A DNA stretch of 64,000 nt, taken from IMG/VR virus record IMGVR_UViG_3300018424_000012; one strand, given 5' to 3'. The translations under genes were made by a program, and so were the position numbers. The notes under the pieces were generated by a model. It was not told the origin of the DNA. It searched no databases and worked only from the letters and a program-made list of their open reading frames with translations. Shown one piece after another: positions 31,401 to 41,077 of this stretch; the first letter of the stretch is position 1; each line of letters opens with the position of its first letter. The DNA comes from an uncultured virus (IMG/VR IMGVR_UViG_3300018424_000012) (taxonomy: Duplodnaviria; Heunggongvirae; Uroviricota; Caudoviricetes).

Positions 31401-32124
31401 CAAGCAGAATTCTTTGCGCTTCGTTTGCGACAAAGAATCCATTGATGAAATAAACACCTGCTTGAATTTGAATTGCAGAACCTCTACCAACAGTATCACT
31501 ATTACCTGCGGCAGTCATTACCGCAGGGTCAAAGAAGTCGATATCAGGTGTGCCTTCAGGTTGTGTAGACATAACAGTACCAGTTGTTAATAGTGATGCT
31601 GTTAGTTCTGTAGTTTGGTCAGCAGTCATATCTGGATTTTTTGCAACAGTATTATCTGCATTCAAAGATGTAACATTTTCACCAATAGCGTATCTTTTGG
31701 TTGCACCATCAGTACCACTATCTTCATATTTAATATACAGGGTTAAAGGTGTAGTAGAGGTGGCCGCTAAAGTTCCAATAACTTTCGCTTTAACGCCTGT
31801 CTCTGAACCCGTAATAATCTTGTTTAAAAAATCTGTTCTATAACTTTCTACGTTCTGAGCATTAAATGTTGATTGTATCTTAATGAAATCATATTCAAAG
31901 TCGAAAGCGATGTCGCCAGGAATAACCATCGAACCTTCTTTAAAGACATGTCGTCCATGTCTCTCAATCTGATTTTGTAAAATCGACTGTAGTTGGGTTA
32001 ACTCTCTCGCCTGAACAGGAAATCCAGGACGAAAGAGTACACGATGAAAATTCTTCGCTTTAGCACCACCCGCGCCTTCAAAATCATCATAATAAGGGTC
32101 TACATTAAAATCTATAACTGCCAT
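25435..32124 (-). CDS. Large VrlC/DUF4815-like baseplate-associated structural protein
   Basis: PYYDDF, VLFRPG.PVQARELTQLQSILQNQ, APGAHRYKI, RYTMKDIG.LE.RI, DPLAQTF. Confidence 0.9.
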   Translation of the reverse strand: MAVIDFNVDPYYDDFEGAGGAKAKNFHRVLFRPGFPVQARELTQLQSILQNQIERHGRHVFKEGSMVIPGDIAFDFEYDFIKIQSTFNAQNVESYRTDFLNKIITGSETGVKAKVIGTLAATSTTPLTLYIKYEDSGTDGATKRYAIGENVTSLNADNTVAKNPDMTADQTTELTASLLTTGTVMSTQPEGTPDIDFFDPAVMTAAGNSDTVGRGSAIQIQAGVYFINGFFVANEAQRILLEPYHNYPSFRVGFQVSQTTVTPEEDATLKDNAQGASNFAAPGAHRYKINLTLTKKSLTATDDVNFIELARCEQGQISKLVEKANYNFLQEEFARRTYDESGDYEVKPFRLDIREHFNDGTNRGVWDANADTPGDRAKLALGIEPGKAYVQGYEVESKITKFVNVPKPRTFNSVVDTPIQTDVGNYVLVNTLTGAADINDFAEVFIYDDFIDGSPAVIGNANLRGIQLHDGDYTGDIDDVTYKLSIFDIQMNDGKDFARDARAFGDSSTPSSATFSCEIEPKLVTLSGTASTVDADATVTGVGTAFNSQVRAGDVLFLTTTTGDVRIGEVDTVTNNLELELTANTTTAAGNVVSGGILKRFSAELLRPDQKILVFPTGYFRMRKIRGSDAQNPDNVLSSTYTVRRHFDVAYNIAAGAAQFTVPDNESFASVSNLQNFIAIITATGTGTALATQDVGAILPIASGDLALSNGGRTLTISNLLSKTLPSGANPTNGNSVEIIASVEISGAAGAEKTKALQPNSTVQITTQAAAQNTEITLGKADGYALKSVKMAADFSTNATSSDQDITDRFTFDNGQRDAFYDLARIILKPGRPAPTGRLLVTFDYFTHSGGDYFSVDSYDGVVDYEDIPIYSSPDGDGNTYDLRDCLDFRPRVQDSGGSFTGSGGSVTEIPMIGTNFNADFTYFLGRIDKIAMNFDGKFIRIPGVPDISPRPPLDLGKAMTLFEVTYKPYVINISEVVARKIKNKRYTMKDIGRLETRISNLEEVSSLNLLEKATTDLLILDADGNPRLKNGFIVDNFKGHGIGNVGSPDYRVAIDMKRKQARPMAHTEIVKMVEENSTDAQRTAANYRKHRDGIITLDYSEIPFIENPYASDSMEVNAYKVSPYTGEMILTPASDDWKDTTRRPDLVVVDDNNFDAIQFLADEIGVEGTVWESWQDNWFGEQIFTGERVIGSGVSGGWNGNILQQVGTQQVGQVREGVETKLLNSTVDKPMGDRIVDMSMIPYMREIPIHVQIDNMKPRTKVNAFFDNVNVNAYVKPDDKFTVTAPNRTDFQFDPLQDPGVEFDTDDARYFGTFVDPDSDIAYPALAFALGDVVRNSVHTATSISNVAKVGNTVTITASSVSGISVGHVVEFASIVGSTELNDGKYRVESVDTGTSTFTIVNFDATGTPITTVSAYTSGGTVTRLQASGVVSYAGHLNTETADTLPHTFHVSNIKNGFAIGDDLTGTIDNALGAKNLCEITAINSVSDGTSTDVYKNLKQFGDDNITDNEGTYTGVFVVPNTDTVKFRTGDRTLRFIDNNTNNIEIGIHTTKAEKIFHATGINETREETILSLRQAEFVRDRLQEEREISRNITGSTRFQRTSRVQPPPSADGGDGGDGGGSGAGGGCGQHDPLAQTFVINEAKDGVMITKVDLYFNEAGTRPIIIQMVNTKDGFPSEKIIQQKVIDVADVKVSTDATVPTTVVFDSPIFLAGDVTYAILIKVDQPGCKVFFSDIGESNLGDNRTISRNPLTGTMFLSQNGNTWTPHQTRDIKMTMYRALFTGSVAVMDFKNVRNGFTVLNNNPFETAPNTNKVRVTQRNHGLSVGDKVTIANVAPGFYGANSTTNGIPHTEFNKQHTVVGPVTNDTYVIEVTAGNVVNGIAGLSSDTVGGGNVQATRNFIADIIQPTLTNIRFAQSSLTYDMNVQKKAGNIFTGFKPVQENQNQIYDEPMIIESKENESGTVGYSARIRATFNTLNDFVSPMIDSQRISLCCIQNRIDNRVETDVNLSTHDDRTAVSADTNVAFSNTNGNITTTNSATRDLFDTLDIGKYITISGAANAGNNQKYLISNYKNDGTTATITTTPVPATDEAASNAVTIVQHEKYLHDIAPAGASNLANYVTRRFTLQNPSTAIKILYEMNRPASCTVDVYYKRITDGTEQKFETIPWAKVDTEISDSADGDPTVFRERTHLVEGLAEFSAVAIKIVMKSTNTSFVPKIKNLRVIALAL

Positions 32125-32160
32125 TTATTGCTCCGGTATCTTTCTATTCTACTATTTAGA

Positions 32161-33519
32161 CTAGAATTCAATGACTAGTTTGATATCTTCAATCTGGTCA
32201 GATGCACGATTAATCGGGCGTCTATGTTCTAGATACATGATATCACCACTGTCAGGTTCTACTTCAGGATTGTTTAGTGCATTGATAGTACCTGCGGCAG
32301 AAGAAGTTCCACCTGATACTGTCTCAGCACCAGTGAATGAAGTAAATCCAGTATTCACATCTTGATAGTAGCGTAGAATTCTGTTACTAGAATCCCAATC
32401 AATTACTTTCGCAGATGCAGATGAAGAACCACCTGTGATTGTTTCATCAACTACAAATGTTCCAGTAAGACCCGCACTCTCAAAAGTGATAGACTTAGTT
32501 GCTGTTCTTGTAGTATCTGTAGCAACAGTAGTAGTACCATAGTTAAATGGATCACGAACAAGACCAATTCTACGATAGTCATTAGAAACTGGGAAGTCAC
32601 CAGAACCATCATTGTACTCAAGTCTTACATTGTTCATTACATAGAATCCACCAAGTTCATGAATAGCATTCGATGAATGTCCACCTTCAGGTGAAATGAT
32701 TGCTTTCAATGCTCCAGCAGAACCTCCACCACCAGATACAGTGATAGTTGCTTGAGTATAACCAGAACCTGCGTTGGTAATAGTTACTGAATTGATAGAA
32801 CCAGCAGAAACGGTTACTGTTGCTGTTGCGCCTGTACCATCACCAGTAATAGTAACTGTAGGTGCTGATGTATATCCAGAACCTGCGGCAGTGATATTAA
32901 TTTTCTTAATTTCACCATCTGTTGCCGCTTGCTGTGTATCATACTGTTCTTTGTATGGTTGTCCAGCGCCTGGATCAGAAGCAATGAATTTCACTGGCAT
33001 GAAGTCTGTTGACAAGAACTTCAGAGCATCAGCGGCAGAAATTGTGTACATATATTTCCATACATAACTATCTGCAGTTGTGATATAACCAGTTGAAGTA
33101 CCAGTTGGTTTTGTAGTTGATGCGCCACCAGAGTTATTATCAATAACTTTGTAGACGTTGTAATCATCTGTCAGAACATAGTATGTTGCGGCAGAAAGTG
33201 ATGTTGCACCACTGGCGGCAGCATTTGTTGATGAATAGTCATGCGCGTACTCATCGTATACTGTACCAGAAGTCCAGTCTCTTCTTACTACTGCGTGAAC
33301 AACATCTGATGCAGTCACACGCTTCATGGCGACCATATCGTCATAAGCATTAAATGCTGTATCGTTGTTATCAACAGGAGTAGGAGGAGATGTATCATCG
33401 GACCACGCTTGTGGACGACCGATGAACAAATAAATGTTTGTTCCTGATGTTTCACTGAATGCTTCGATATATTGCTCTGCATTGTGAATACGGAACTTAT
33501 TAGTAATGATTGCGGCCAT
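32161..33519 (-). CDS. gp8: Baseplate wedge subunit
   Basis: MAAIIT.KFR, YLFIGRP..W, YVWKYMY, QIEDIKLVIEF. Confidence 0.95.
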   Translation of the reverse strand: MAAIITNKFRIHNAEQYIEAFSETSGTNIYLFIGRPQAWSDDTSPPTPVDNNDTAFNAYDDMVAMKRVTASDVVHAVVRRDWTSGTVYDEYAHDYSSTNAAASGATSLSAATYYVLTDDYNVYKVIDNNSGGASTTKPTGTSTGYITTADSYVWKYMYTISAADALKFLSTDFMPVKFIASDPGAGQPYKEQYDTQQAATDGEIKKINITAAGSGYTSAPTVTITGDGTGATATVTVSAGSINSVTITNAGSGYTQATITVSGGGGSAGALKAIISPEGGHSSNAIHELGGFYVMNNVRLEYNDGSGDFPVSNDYRRIGLVRDPFNYGTTTVATDTTRTATKSITFESAGLTGTFVVDETITGGSSSASAKVIDWDSSNRILRYYQDVNTGFTSFTGAETVSGGTSSAAGTINALNNPEVEPDSGDIMYLEHRRPINRASDQIEDIKLVIEF

Positions 33520-33555
33520 TTTTTCCTCTCTTTAAACTAATTAAGTGTGTTACAT

Positions 33556-33563
33556 TATTTATA
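33556..33563 (-). promoter_or_regulatory. Late promoter for gp8 operon
   Basis: TATAAATA on minus strand. Confidence 0.8.
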
Positions 33564-33570
33564 AGACTTT

Positions 33571-36525
33571 TTAACTGCTTCGTAGGAAGATTTCGGAATC
33601 AAATGTGAAATCTAGTTTTCTACCAGGGAAGTTTACTAAGTCATCTACATTATTGACAATCTCATTCAAATGTACAATTTGTGTATTTGCATAAGTATCC
33701 CAATAATCATCATTGCTGGTGTTACTACCAGAATAATTACTTGTCAATTTAGAACTATCATATGTTCCTCTATATATACGACCACCGCGGTCGATTTCTC
33801 TAGTTCCTGCGCTGTATGGCGGGAACAAGAACTTGAAGCGGTCTAGTGAATACCCTGTGGGTCCGAGTTTTGCTGACCCATAGGACTCATGTAAGTGTGC
33901 ATCTTCTAGACCAAGAGATGCAATTAAGTGTAGTTTCGATGATGAAGTTGCTGTTAGTACATCTGTAGATGTGATAGTTGGTAATAGAAGTGTGACTACA
34001 TTCTGTACGCTCTGTGCAACTCTAGCAATTTGTTTATAAATCTCTATTGTGTGTTTAACTGAAGTTCCTGCAGTCAATGTCTCTGCCCACGTTTCGAATG
34101 TTTGCAGTAGAATAGTAATATCAGGAGTTTGGTCAGTCTTACCATGTTGATTACCATCTGCAGTTTCATTGTTTGGTGATGTAGGTATTCTTACACTCTC
34201 ATCAAATGAAGCACCTGCGTCACGCAAAAACAATGTAATGTCTTTTAAGAATTGAGCAGTAGCATCAATGTTGGCAATAGGTGTAGCATGTGATGGGAAT
34301 TGTAGAATAGGCATTACACCACCTGCTTCTGTTCCGATAACCAACTCTTCACCTCTCAAATAATTCTTGCCTTTATTGGTGTTGACTTCTTCACTGTCTT
34401 CCATCAGAATGAAATTACCATCTTCAGTAACTATTCTAGTTTCAAACATATTTGCATGAACAACTTCTGTAAAAATCTCTAATTCTATTTTTTGTAATCG
34501 AGCAACAGGAGTTGCAGACTTTAGAACTTCTAGTAATATTTGAAGTTCTTTAAATCTAGGTTGATTACTATTCAGTCTAAACTCAGACCCGCCCCATGCT
34601 CTAGCAGAAACAGATGTTGAAACAGAAACCTCACCAAATAGTGCAAGACCAACTGGATGAAGAATTCTCTTAACTGCATCTCTCCATACGTTGATTGAGT
34701 TACCTACTTTGATAACATATGAAAAGTCTTGATAATAGAAACTGTCTTGAATACTCTTAGAACTTTCAGATAAACGACCATCTGCACCAAAGAGAACACC
34801 TTCACTAGAAGATACTGTACCATTCTGAGGATTAATTATGGCAGAACCAACTTGACAAACTGTTGCTGTTGCACCAGAAACCACACCTGTTATTCTAGAC
34901 CTTCTAAGACATATATCATCTTTTTCATATAAACTAGAGTTTAATCTAAATGTATCTTCAAATGTATCTAGTTTAATCTTATACAAGTTTCTACTAGTAT
35001 CTATTGATTGAATAGTTCCATTTTCGACTGTCGTGATTTCACTTAATAGTGCATCGCCAGTCTCCAGCAATATACTATCTTCATCTTGCTTTAGAAGTTT
35101 ATATGGTTGACTAGTTATTGCTTCACCTGCAATAAAAGTACCTTCAATATTCTCTAATATTAAATTCTCTTGTACAATAACATCAGGAGGTGAAGTATAT
35201 CCACTACCCAAGTTTGTTCTAATAACTCCAGTAATTCGACCTAGATTATTAGATATTGATTTAATTACTGCGCCAGTTCCATTTGTTGATGTCACATCAA
35301 TAAGAGGAAGTCTATCATAATTCACACCTTCATTTACAATAGTTAAATCATGAATAATTCCTACATGGTCAGCATCATCTGGAATAATACGACTACCATC
35401 TTCTAATAGAAGTAAATCACCATCTTCTTTAGCAATTTCTCTCAAATCACCTGCTAGAATACTGTGTCCGCTTTCTAGAAGAATGCCCGAACCATCTGCT
35501 TCAGATATTAATCTACCTTCGTTACGCTTTACAATTGCACTGGCATTTGCTCCCAACCCTCCATCTGTGTAAGAGAGAGGATCACCTAAAGCATAATCAC
35601 GACCTCCATTTTCAATCAAATATTCTTGAATTGAACCTTTACCCACAGTGCTAATATCAAATTGAGCAGAATTACCAATCTCTTCAGATACTACTATGTC
35701 TCCGCTTTCTGTAGTAATATATCCACTATCATCTTCTTTTTCTAATCTAGGTGTTTTATTAGAAGTTACAAGAGGGTCACCAGTATTATAATAAGCACCT
35801 GCAGTAGGAATACTAATACCTGTAATAATATTATCAACTTCACCTTCGACTATGCCTGTATCTGTAGGAACTGAGATGATTTGCCCTGCGACAAAAGTAC
35901 CTGCAACTGAGTTTTGAGTGAGTGTAAGTTGGTATATTGTACTAGCACCAGATTGAAATGCAATAAAGTTTTCAATAAGACCTGTTGCTTGGTTAATGTC
36001 TGGTTGTAAAGGTACATTTTTCTGTAATATTTGTTTACCTACAATCTCATCAATGTTTGCAGTATCTCCAGTAAAGTCTTTAATATTAATAATAATATCA
36101 GAGGTAAACTGTCCATCGGATACACGCAACATATCTTGTTTTGGATAGTAAACAGAAACATCTTCATTAAACAACATTCTAAACAAAAGAATAATAGATT
36201 TGTCTGTTCCTTTTGCTTGATAGAATTCTTTAATATTTTTTAGAAGAGTTCTCTTATCATTAAGAATGGAATCAGGAATATCTACAAGATAATTTTCTTT
36301 AAAATATGTTACAAAAGCATCTACTGTATTATCAATGTCATTATACAACTTAGCATTACGAGTTGTTTCGATGGCGTTGCCATTCAATTCTAACCACTCA
36401 TAGTATGCTTCGATAAAAGTGACGAATGTTGTGTGGTCACTTCTGACAAATTCAGGTAATTGGTCTCCTATTATAGAAGATACCGCACCTTTTATGTTAT
36501 CAATATTTGCTTTAAGTAAAGACAT
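33571..36525 (-). CDS. gp7: Baseplate wedge initiator
   Basis: QLPEFV, FIEAYYEWLE, FYQAKGT, IQDSFYYQDFSYVIK, HPVG...FGE. Confidence 0.9.
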   Translation of the reverse strand: MSLLKANIDNIKGAVSSIIGDQLPEFVRSDHTTFVTFIEAYYEWLELNGNAIETTRNAKLYNDIDNTVDAFVTYFKENYLVDIPDSILNDKRTLLKNIKEFYQAKGTDKSIILLFRMLFNEDVSVYYPKQDMLRVSDGQFTSDIIINIKDFTGDTANIDEIVGKQILQKNVPLQPDINQATGLIENFIAFQSGASTIYQLTLTQNSVAGTFVAGQIISVPTDTGIVEGEVDNIITGISIPTAGAYYNTGDPLVTSNKTPRLEKEDDSGYITTESGDIVVSEEIGNSAQFDISTVGKGSIQEYLIENGGRDYALGDPLSYTDGGLGANASAIVKRNEGRLISEADGSGILLESGHSILAGDLREIAKEDGDLLLLEDGSRIIPDDADHVGIIHDLTIVNEGVNYDRLPLIDVTSTNGTGAVIKSISNNLGRITGVIRTNLGSGYTSPPDVIVQENLILENIEGTFIAGEAITSQPYKLLKQDEDSILLETGDALLSEITTVENGTIQSIDTSRNLYKIKLDTFEDTFRLNSSLYEKDDICLRRSRITGVVSGATATVCQVGSAIINPQNGTVSSSEGVLFGADGRLSESSKSIQDSFYYQDFSYVIKVGNSINVWRDAVKRILHPVGLALFGEVSVSTSVSARAWGGSEFRLNSNQPRFKELQILLEVLKSATPVARLQKIELEIFTEVVHANMFETRIVTEDGNFILMEDSEEVNTNKGKNYLRGEELVIGTEAGGVMPILQFPSHATPIANIDATAQFLKDITLFLRDAGASFDESVRIPTSPNNETADGNQHGKTDQTPDITILLQTFETWAETLTAGTSVKHTIEIYKQIARVAQSVQNVVTLLLPTITSTDVLTATSSSKLHLIASLGLEDAHLHESYGSAKLGPTGYSLDRFKFLFPPYSAGTREIDRGGRIYRGTYDSSKLTSNYSGSNTSNDDYWDTYANTQIVHLNEIVNNVDDLVNFPGRKLDFTFDSEIFLRSS

Positions 36526-38486
36526 TAATATCCGCTTCCACTGCCGCTACCTGATGATCCGCTACTACCACCACTGCTTTGTACTTGAATACTTGACGCG
36601 GCACCCGCTACACCTGTACCTCCAGTTCTACTTAATTCACTAGAACTAGTAGTCTGATAATCAACACCCGCTGAGGATTCTCCAGTTGCAATCTTATCAA
36701 CGATTGTATTAACTGTGATATCTTCAGTATTGATAGTTAATAGTACATTACGAACACTTACAATATCGTTAGAATTCAATGTTACAAAAACCTCAACTGA
36801 GTTATTATCTAAGACTGTTCCTGTAATATTCAACTGGTCAATGATTAGTTTACCTGTACCATAATCAATAGCACCTTGCGTATTATTAACATAAACTTTA
36901 GTTGATGAACCTTCTTCAAGATAATATGAACGAATGTTTCCATTACCATCATCATCTAAGTACAATGTTTGAAGTCTTCCTGAAATATTAAATCCTGTTG
37001 AAGATAAGTTTGATGGTGATCCAGGTCCTTGAGTAAATATTGGATTATAGAAGTTAATAGTATATTTACTTTCTTGATTTAGAATAGCATCAAAATTTCT
37101 CTCACATCTAATTGTTGAAATGTTAGATATAATACCTTTATCTGCTTGGTCAACAATAGAAACAAATTTAGAATATCTAAACACACTATCAAAGTCTTTT
37201 AATTCTGTAGAATTAAAAGTTGTTACTGCATCACGAATAGCAGAAGAAATATCAGTCATCGTTGATGTTGTAATATTTGGATTCCAATACGCTGTGATTG
37301 TAGGAATAATATTAATATAAACAGGGTCTATAATTTCAGGCGTAATAGAAACCATAGTCTTTCCAGATAAAACAGAATTTTTAATAGCATCTTTAGTTGA
37401 TGTGGTTAATGTTCTTCCTGTTTTTGGTTTGATTGACAAAAATACTTTTCCGTATATAGGAGGGTCATTATCTTCACCACCCCAAACTTGCATAGCATCA
37501 ACATTATTATACAACTTAGGAAGAATAACTTTATAGTCTTCTGCGGTTACTGCTCTTTTTTGTGCAGAGTATGATTTAGGAGCATTAAATTTTATACTCT
37601 CTATAGTTTCTCTAGGTGAACCGTTTTCAGAGTTGATGACGGTAGTAATTGTTGCGTTAGTAGAACCACCAACAGAACTTTGCAGTGTAAATGAATTTGC
37701 TCCGTTAGCATCTTCTTCATTACATACAATATATTCAATAATTATGATATTACCATCAGATAATGCTTTACCCAAAACATCATCACCAAACGATAACTCA
37801 TAGAAACCATTCTCAACAGCATCTAAGAAAAATACTTCCGAGTCGGATTTGACTTCTAAGAAGTCATCTGCTTCAACATAAGTTGCTGTTGTTAAATCAG
37901 CAACAGAATTTTGAACTTTTACTTTTAGTGTAGACACATCTATGTTTCTATCATTCAATAAAAATCTTTGTGCAGGGTCGGCACTATTTTTAGTATATTG
38001 AAGTGTCAGTAGTGTTCCTTCTTTCACATCGATATTGGTAAATGTATAGACACCTTCTGTAGGAATAATAGTTACATCAGAAGTTGTAACAAATTGATAG
38101 TTAGCATCATTCACACGACTTCTAAATACGGTTCCTTTAGTCATCGTCAAAGAAGATGGATTTCCAGTAGGACTATTAATAGTTACGTTAATTCTAGCAG
38201 TTGCCGCCGTTGAAGAGCGAGGACGATATCCAAGATGTTTTGCAAGAGATACTACACTATCTCTTTTCACTGCACTGTCTAAGAACATTTCGTTTGCTAC
38301 CATGTTTGCGTAAATAGCATTATAGTGTGTATTATAAGATAGTACATCAAGCAACGTATTCATTGCTGACCCCTCAAAATTATAATCTTTAAATTCTTCT
38401 TGAGATGATAAGTAAGATTTTAGATTAGTTTTAATATTGTTAAAATCTAACTCGGTAACTCTTAATCTGCTAGTTGTCTGTGCCAT
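36525..38486 (-). CDS. gp6: Baseplate wedge subunit
   Basis: LDF..IK..L, DYNFEGS, NEMFLDSA, RAVTAEDY, WGGEDNDPP.YGKV. Confidence 0.97.
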   Translation of the reverse strand: MAQTTSRLRVTELDFNNIKTNLKSYLSSQEEFKDYNFEGSAMNTLLDVLSYNTHYNAIYANMVANEMFLDSAVKRDSVVSLAKHLGYRPRSSTAATARINVTINSPTGNPSSLTMTKGTVFRSRVNDANYQFVTTSDVTIIPTEGVYTFTNIDVKEGTLLTLQYTKNSADPAQRFLLNDRNIDVSTLKVKVQNSVADLTTATYVEADDFLEVKSDSEVFFLDAVENGFYELSFGDDVLGKALSDGNIIIIEYIVCNEEDANGANSFTLQSSVGGSTNATITTVINSENGSPRETIESIKFNAPKSYSAQKRAVTAEDYKVILPKLYNNVDAMQVWGGEDNDPPIYGKVFLSIKPKTGRTLTTSTKDAIKNSVLSGKTMVSITPEIIDPVYINIIPTITAYWNPNITTSTMTDISSAIRDAVTTFNSTELKDFDSVFRYSKFVSIVDQADKGIISNISTIRCERNFDAILNQESKYTINFYNPIFTQGPGSPSNLSSTGFNISGRLQTLYLDDDGNGNIRSYYLEEGSSTKVYVNNTQGAIDYGTGKLIIDQLNITGTVLDNNSVEVFVTLNSNDIVSVRNVLLTINTEDITVNTIVDKIATGESSAGVDYQTTSSSELSRTGGTGVAGAASSIQVQSSGGSSGSSGSGSGSGY

Positions 38487-38890
38487 TATCGTGTCCTTGT
38501 CAAGTAGGTTTCAAATACCTCTGACCCTGTAAAGTTTACAATATGAAAAAATATTCTCACTCTATATGAATTTGTATCTGCTTCATCAAATACTTGTACT
38601 TCATCAAGTCTTGCTCTTGGTTCGTGATTGTCGATAACTTCACGAATAGATTTCTCAATAAGTCTTCTAGTCATAGGTGTATTATTTTCAAATAACAAAT
38701 CAGCGATTGATGTTCCTAGATAAGGTTGAAATGGTCTTTCAAAGTATCTGGTTCGCAAAAGAGATTTCATAGATTGTTTCACTGCTTCAACGTCTGTCTT
38801 TCTCGCTACATCTGTTGTTGTAGAAAGTTTAGTGAAGTTAAAGTCTAAATCTTTAAAATCTGCTGTTTTTCTTGTTACTGTTGTTGCCAT
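38486..38890 (-). CDS. gp25: Baseplate wedge subunit
   Basis: FKDLDF.F, ERPFQP..G, EPRA. Confidence 0.95.
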   Translation of the reverse strand: MATTVTRKTADFKDLDFNFTKLSTTTDVARKTDVEAVKQSMKSLLRTRYFERPFQPYLGTSIADLLFENNTPMTRRLIEKSIREVIDNHEPRARLDEVQVFDEADTNSYRVRIFFHIVNFTGSEVFETYLTRTR

Positions 38891-38895
38891 ATTAC

Positions 38896-38903
38896 TATTT
38901 ATA
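38896..38903 (-). promoter_or_regulatory. Late promoter for gp25-gp6-gp7
   Basis: TATAAATA on minus strand. Confidence 0.8.
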
Positions 38904-38908
38904 CCTGT

Positions 38909-39205
38909 TTATCCGCCAGCAAATACATTAGATGAACCAGTTGCAACTGATGTGCAAGCAGTTACACCATCTCCAACTCTACCGCAACCTTTATTGTTCA
39001 CAAATACAGTTGATGAACCTTTAGTTATGGGTGCTTTGTGTGAAGGACATGGCACACCTGGTAATAGATGTCCTGTATTTTTATCACCTTGTCTACTAAT
39101 ACCAGTACCATTACAAAATACATTGCTACTTCTTTCGTCCCTCTTAGGAGTTGAACAATGTATCACGTCCTTATCAACGCTGTCTCCTCTACAAACTGCT
39201 GGCAT
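38909..39205 (-). CDS. PAAR spike-tip protein (gp5.4-like)
   Basis: Three GS..VF / R.GD repeats with His/Cys ligands. Confidence 0.92.
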   Translation of the reverse strand: MPAVCRGDSVDKDVIHCSTPKRDERSSNVFCNGTGISRQGDKNTGHLLPGVPCPSHKAPITKGSSTVFVNNKGCGRVGDGVTACTSVATGSSNVFAGG

Positions 39206-39402
39206 TATAATCTCTCTCTAGAAAATATTTCTTTAAATTTTGCATGAAAAGTATCAATCAAATCATGTTCTTCTTGTGTGTGTGGTTCAGAAGGAAAGTC
39301 AGGTTCAAACGCAATAAGATTATCAAATGCCGCAGGTATATCATCAATATTATTATATGTATGAACTACACCACCAATTAGAACTTGAAACTTACCTGTC
39401 AT
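39205..39402 (-). CDS. Hypothetical protein
   Basis: 65 aa, translationally coupled between gp5 and PAAR; DIP..FD.LI.F.P..P..PHT.EEH. Confidence 0.7.
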   Translation of the reverse strand: MTGKFQVLIGGVVHTYNNIDDIPAAFDNLIAFEPDFPSEPHTQEEHDLIDTFHAKFKEIFSRERL

Positions 39403-39413
39403 CTATATTACCC

Positions 39414-40316
39414 CTAGTTCAAATCAATTCTAGGTGCATCAGCATCAATATGCTTGCCACCATTTAAGTCAATTGTATCAGACGCATCAACTCTAAAGTT
39501 GACACACTTAACGCGAACATCTTTAGTTGATTGTATATCAATATTATCTTCTGCTTTAATAGTTGCTTTACCGCCTACATATATGTTATATTGACCCTTC
39601 ACATGTTCGTTATGGTCTTTTTCTATTAGAACTTCTTGCACACCCTCATTCAATATTCGTATAGAACCATCAGGATGCATCTCAATGAAACTACCTGACA
39701 TATGTTGTATGTTAATTCTTTCTCCATCTGGCGTATCATCCAGTTCAATGACATGTCCACTCTCTGTTTGATTTACTTTATTAAATGGATATCTTGCATT
39801 ATAAGGAATTGACATAGTGTTCCAAGTACCACCATCCCATGCAATAGGATGAGCAGGATGCTTTTCAGCATCTAGAACTTCTTGCTTCTTCTTATAAAGT
39901 TTAGACCTTTTGTCGCCTCTTGCTAAACGAGAAGTATCAGGTTCATTAATCTCTACAGGATGTGTTCCTGAAGGGTCACAGAATCCTAAATCAGTGTTTG
40001 GTCTTTCTATAGGGTAACCATGAAATGAACCCATAACAACAGGTTCTTGACATTCATTACCATCTCTAAAGAAACCTAAAACCCAAGAACCCTTTAAGAG
40101 TCCTGATGGAGAGTGACCTATTTGTGAAATAGATGCACCGGTTGTTGGCATCATTACCATCGCCCATGGTAAATCATCTGTAGGTAATGTTTCTTTATCT
40201 TCGGTATGAATGCCCAAACATCTGACTTTAACTCTACCTAATTGTTCAGGATCATTGTGGTCTTCAACCACACCTTGAAACCAAGTAAATCCATCAAATC
40301 CCATAAATTTTCTCAT
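39414..40316 (-). CDS. gp5: Baseplate hub central spike without lysozyme domain
   Basis: WFQGVVED..DP..LGRVKVR OB fold, YPFNKV..TESGH..E.DDTP..ERI, short beta-helix. Confidence 0.93.
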   Translation of the reverse strand: MRKFMGFDGFTWFQGVVEDHNDPEQLGRVKVRCLGIHTEDKETLPTDDLPWAMVMMPTTGASISQIGHSPSGLLKGSWVLGFFRDGNECQEPVVMGSFHGYPIERPNTDLGFCDPSGTHPVEINEPDTSRLARGDKRSKLYKKKQEVLDAEKHPAHPIAWDGGTWNTMSIPYNARYPFNKVNQTESGHVIELDDTPDGERINIQHMSGSFIEMHPDGSIRILNEGVQEVLIEKDHNEHVKGQYNIYVGGKATIKAEDNIDIQSTKDVRVKCVNFRVDASDTIDLNGGKHIDADAPRIDLN

Positions 40317-40325
40317 AATCTACCT

Positions 40326-41048
40326 CTAGTTTTGTTTGAGTATAATGTCAAATGCCGCTGTTACTCTTGCATTGTTTGACCGCACTGATGCACGAACATC
40401 AATATCAGACTTCTCTGGAATTACTCTAGGAACTGAAAACTCGTATAAGTATTGTCCACCTGCACCAGATACTTCAAATGAGTGACCAATTCTAAATGCA
40501 TCTTGCCCGAAATATCTTACAAACTGATTTACTGTTGCATCTGCTCCAGACTGAACTGTTGCAGTTCCTTTCATTAGATAACCTGTGTAACCTGCAGGAA
40601 TTGTATAAATCGCCATCAGAGTTTGACCAATACCAGCAGTAATTCTTGCAACAACTGTAGATGATACTTTAATATCGATATTTCCTACATTATCTGCACC
40701 TGAAGAAACATATGCTCTAAAGACACGGATGAATGTTACTGAATCCGTAGTTGCGTTTGCTGATGCATTTGTGAGTGTGCAAGTTGTAGAAACACTCTCG
40801 TAATTTTCGTCAAGTCCTTCGATGGTTATTACTTTGTTAGCATCACCCGCATTTGCTCTATCTACTGTGACTGCAGATGCAGATGAGAATGATGACCATG
40901 GATACGGTGTGTCATCAATATCCCAAACTGTACCAGTTGTGTTCTGAGACATTGCAGGAACAGCACCGAACTTGTGTACATCAGATACACCTTTGAGTAA
41001 ACCTCTTGCTAGATTTATGCGCTCATCATTGAAAAAGTAGTTGCCCAT
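40326..41048 (-). CDS. Hypothetical virion protein
   Basis: 240 aa beta-rich; KFG, YTIPAG.TGY, IPEKSDI; late promoter at 41075-41082. Confidence 0.65.
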   Translation of the reverse strand: MGNYFFNDERINLARGLLKGVSDVHKFGAVPAMSQNTTGTVWDIDDTPYPWSSFSSASAVTVDRANAGDANKVITIEGLDENYESVSTTCTLTNASANATTDSVTFIRVFRAYVSSGADNVGNIDIKVSSTVVARITAGIGQTLMAIYTIPAGYTGYLMKGTATVQSGADATVNQFVRYFGQDAFRIGHSFEVSGAGGQYLYEFSVPRVIPEKSDIDVRASVRSNNARVTAAFDIILKQN

Positions 41049-41077
41049 AAGATGCTATTCTCTCCCTTTAGTCTTAT

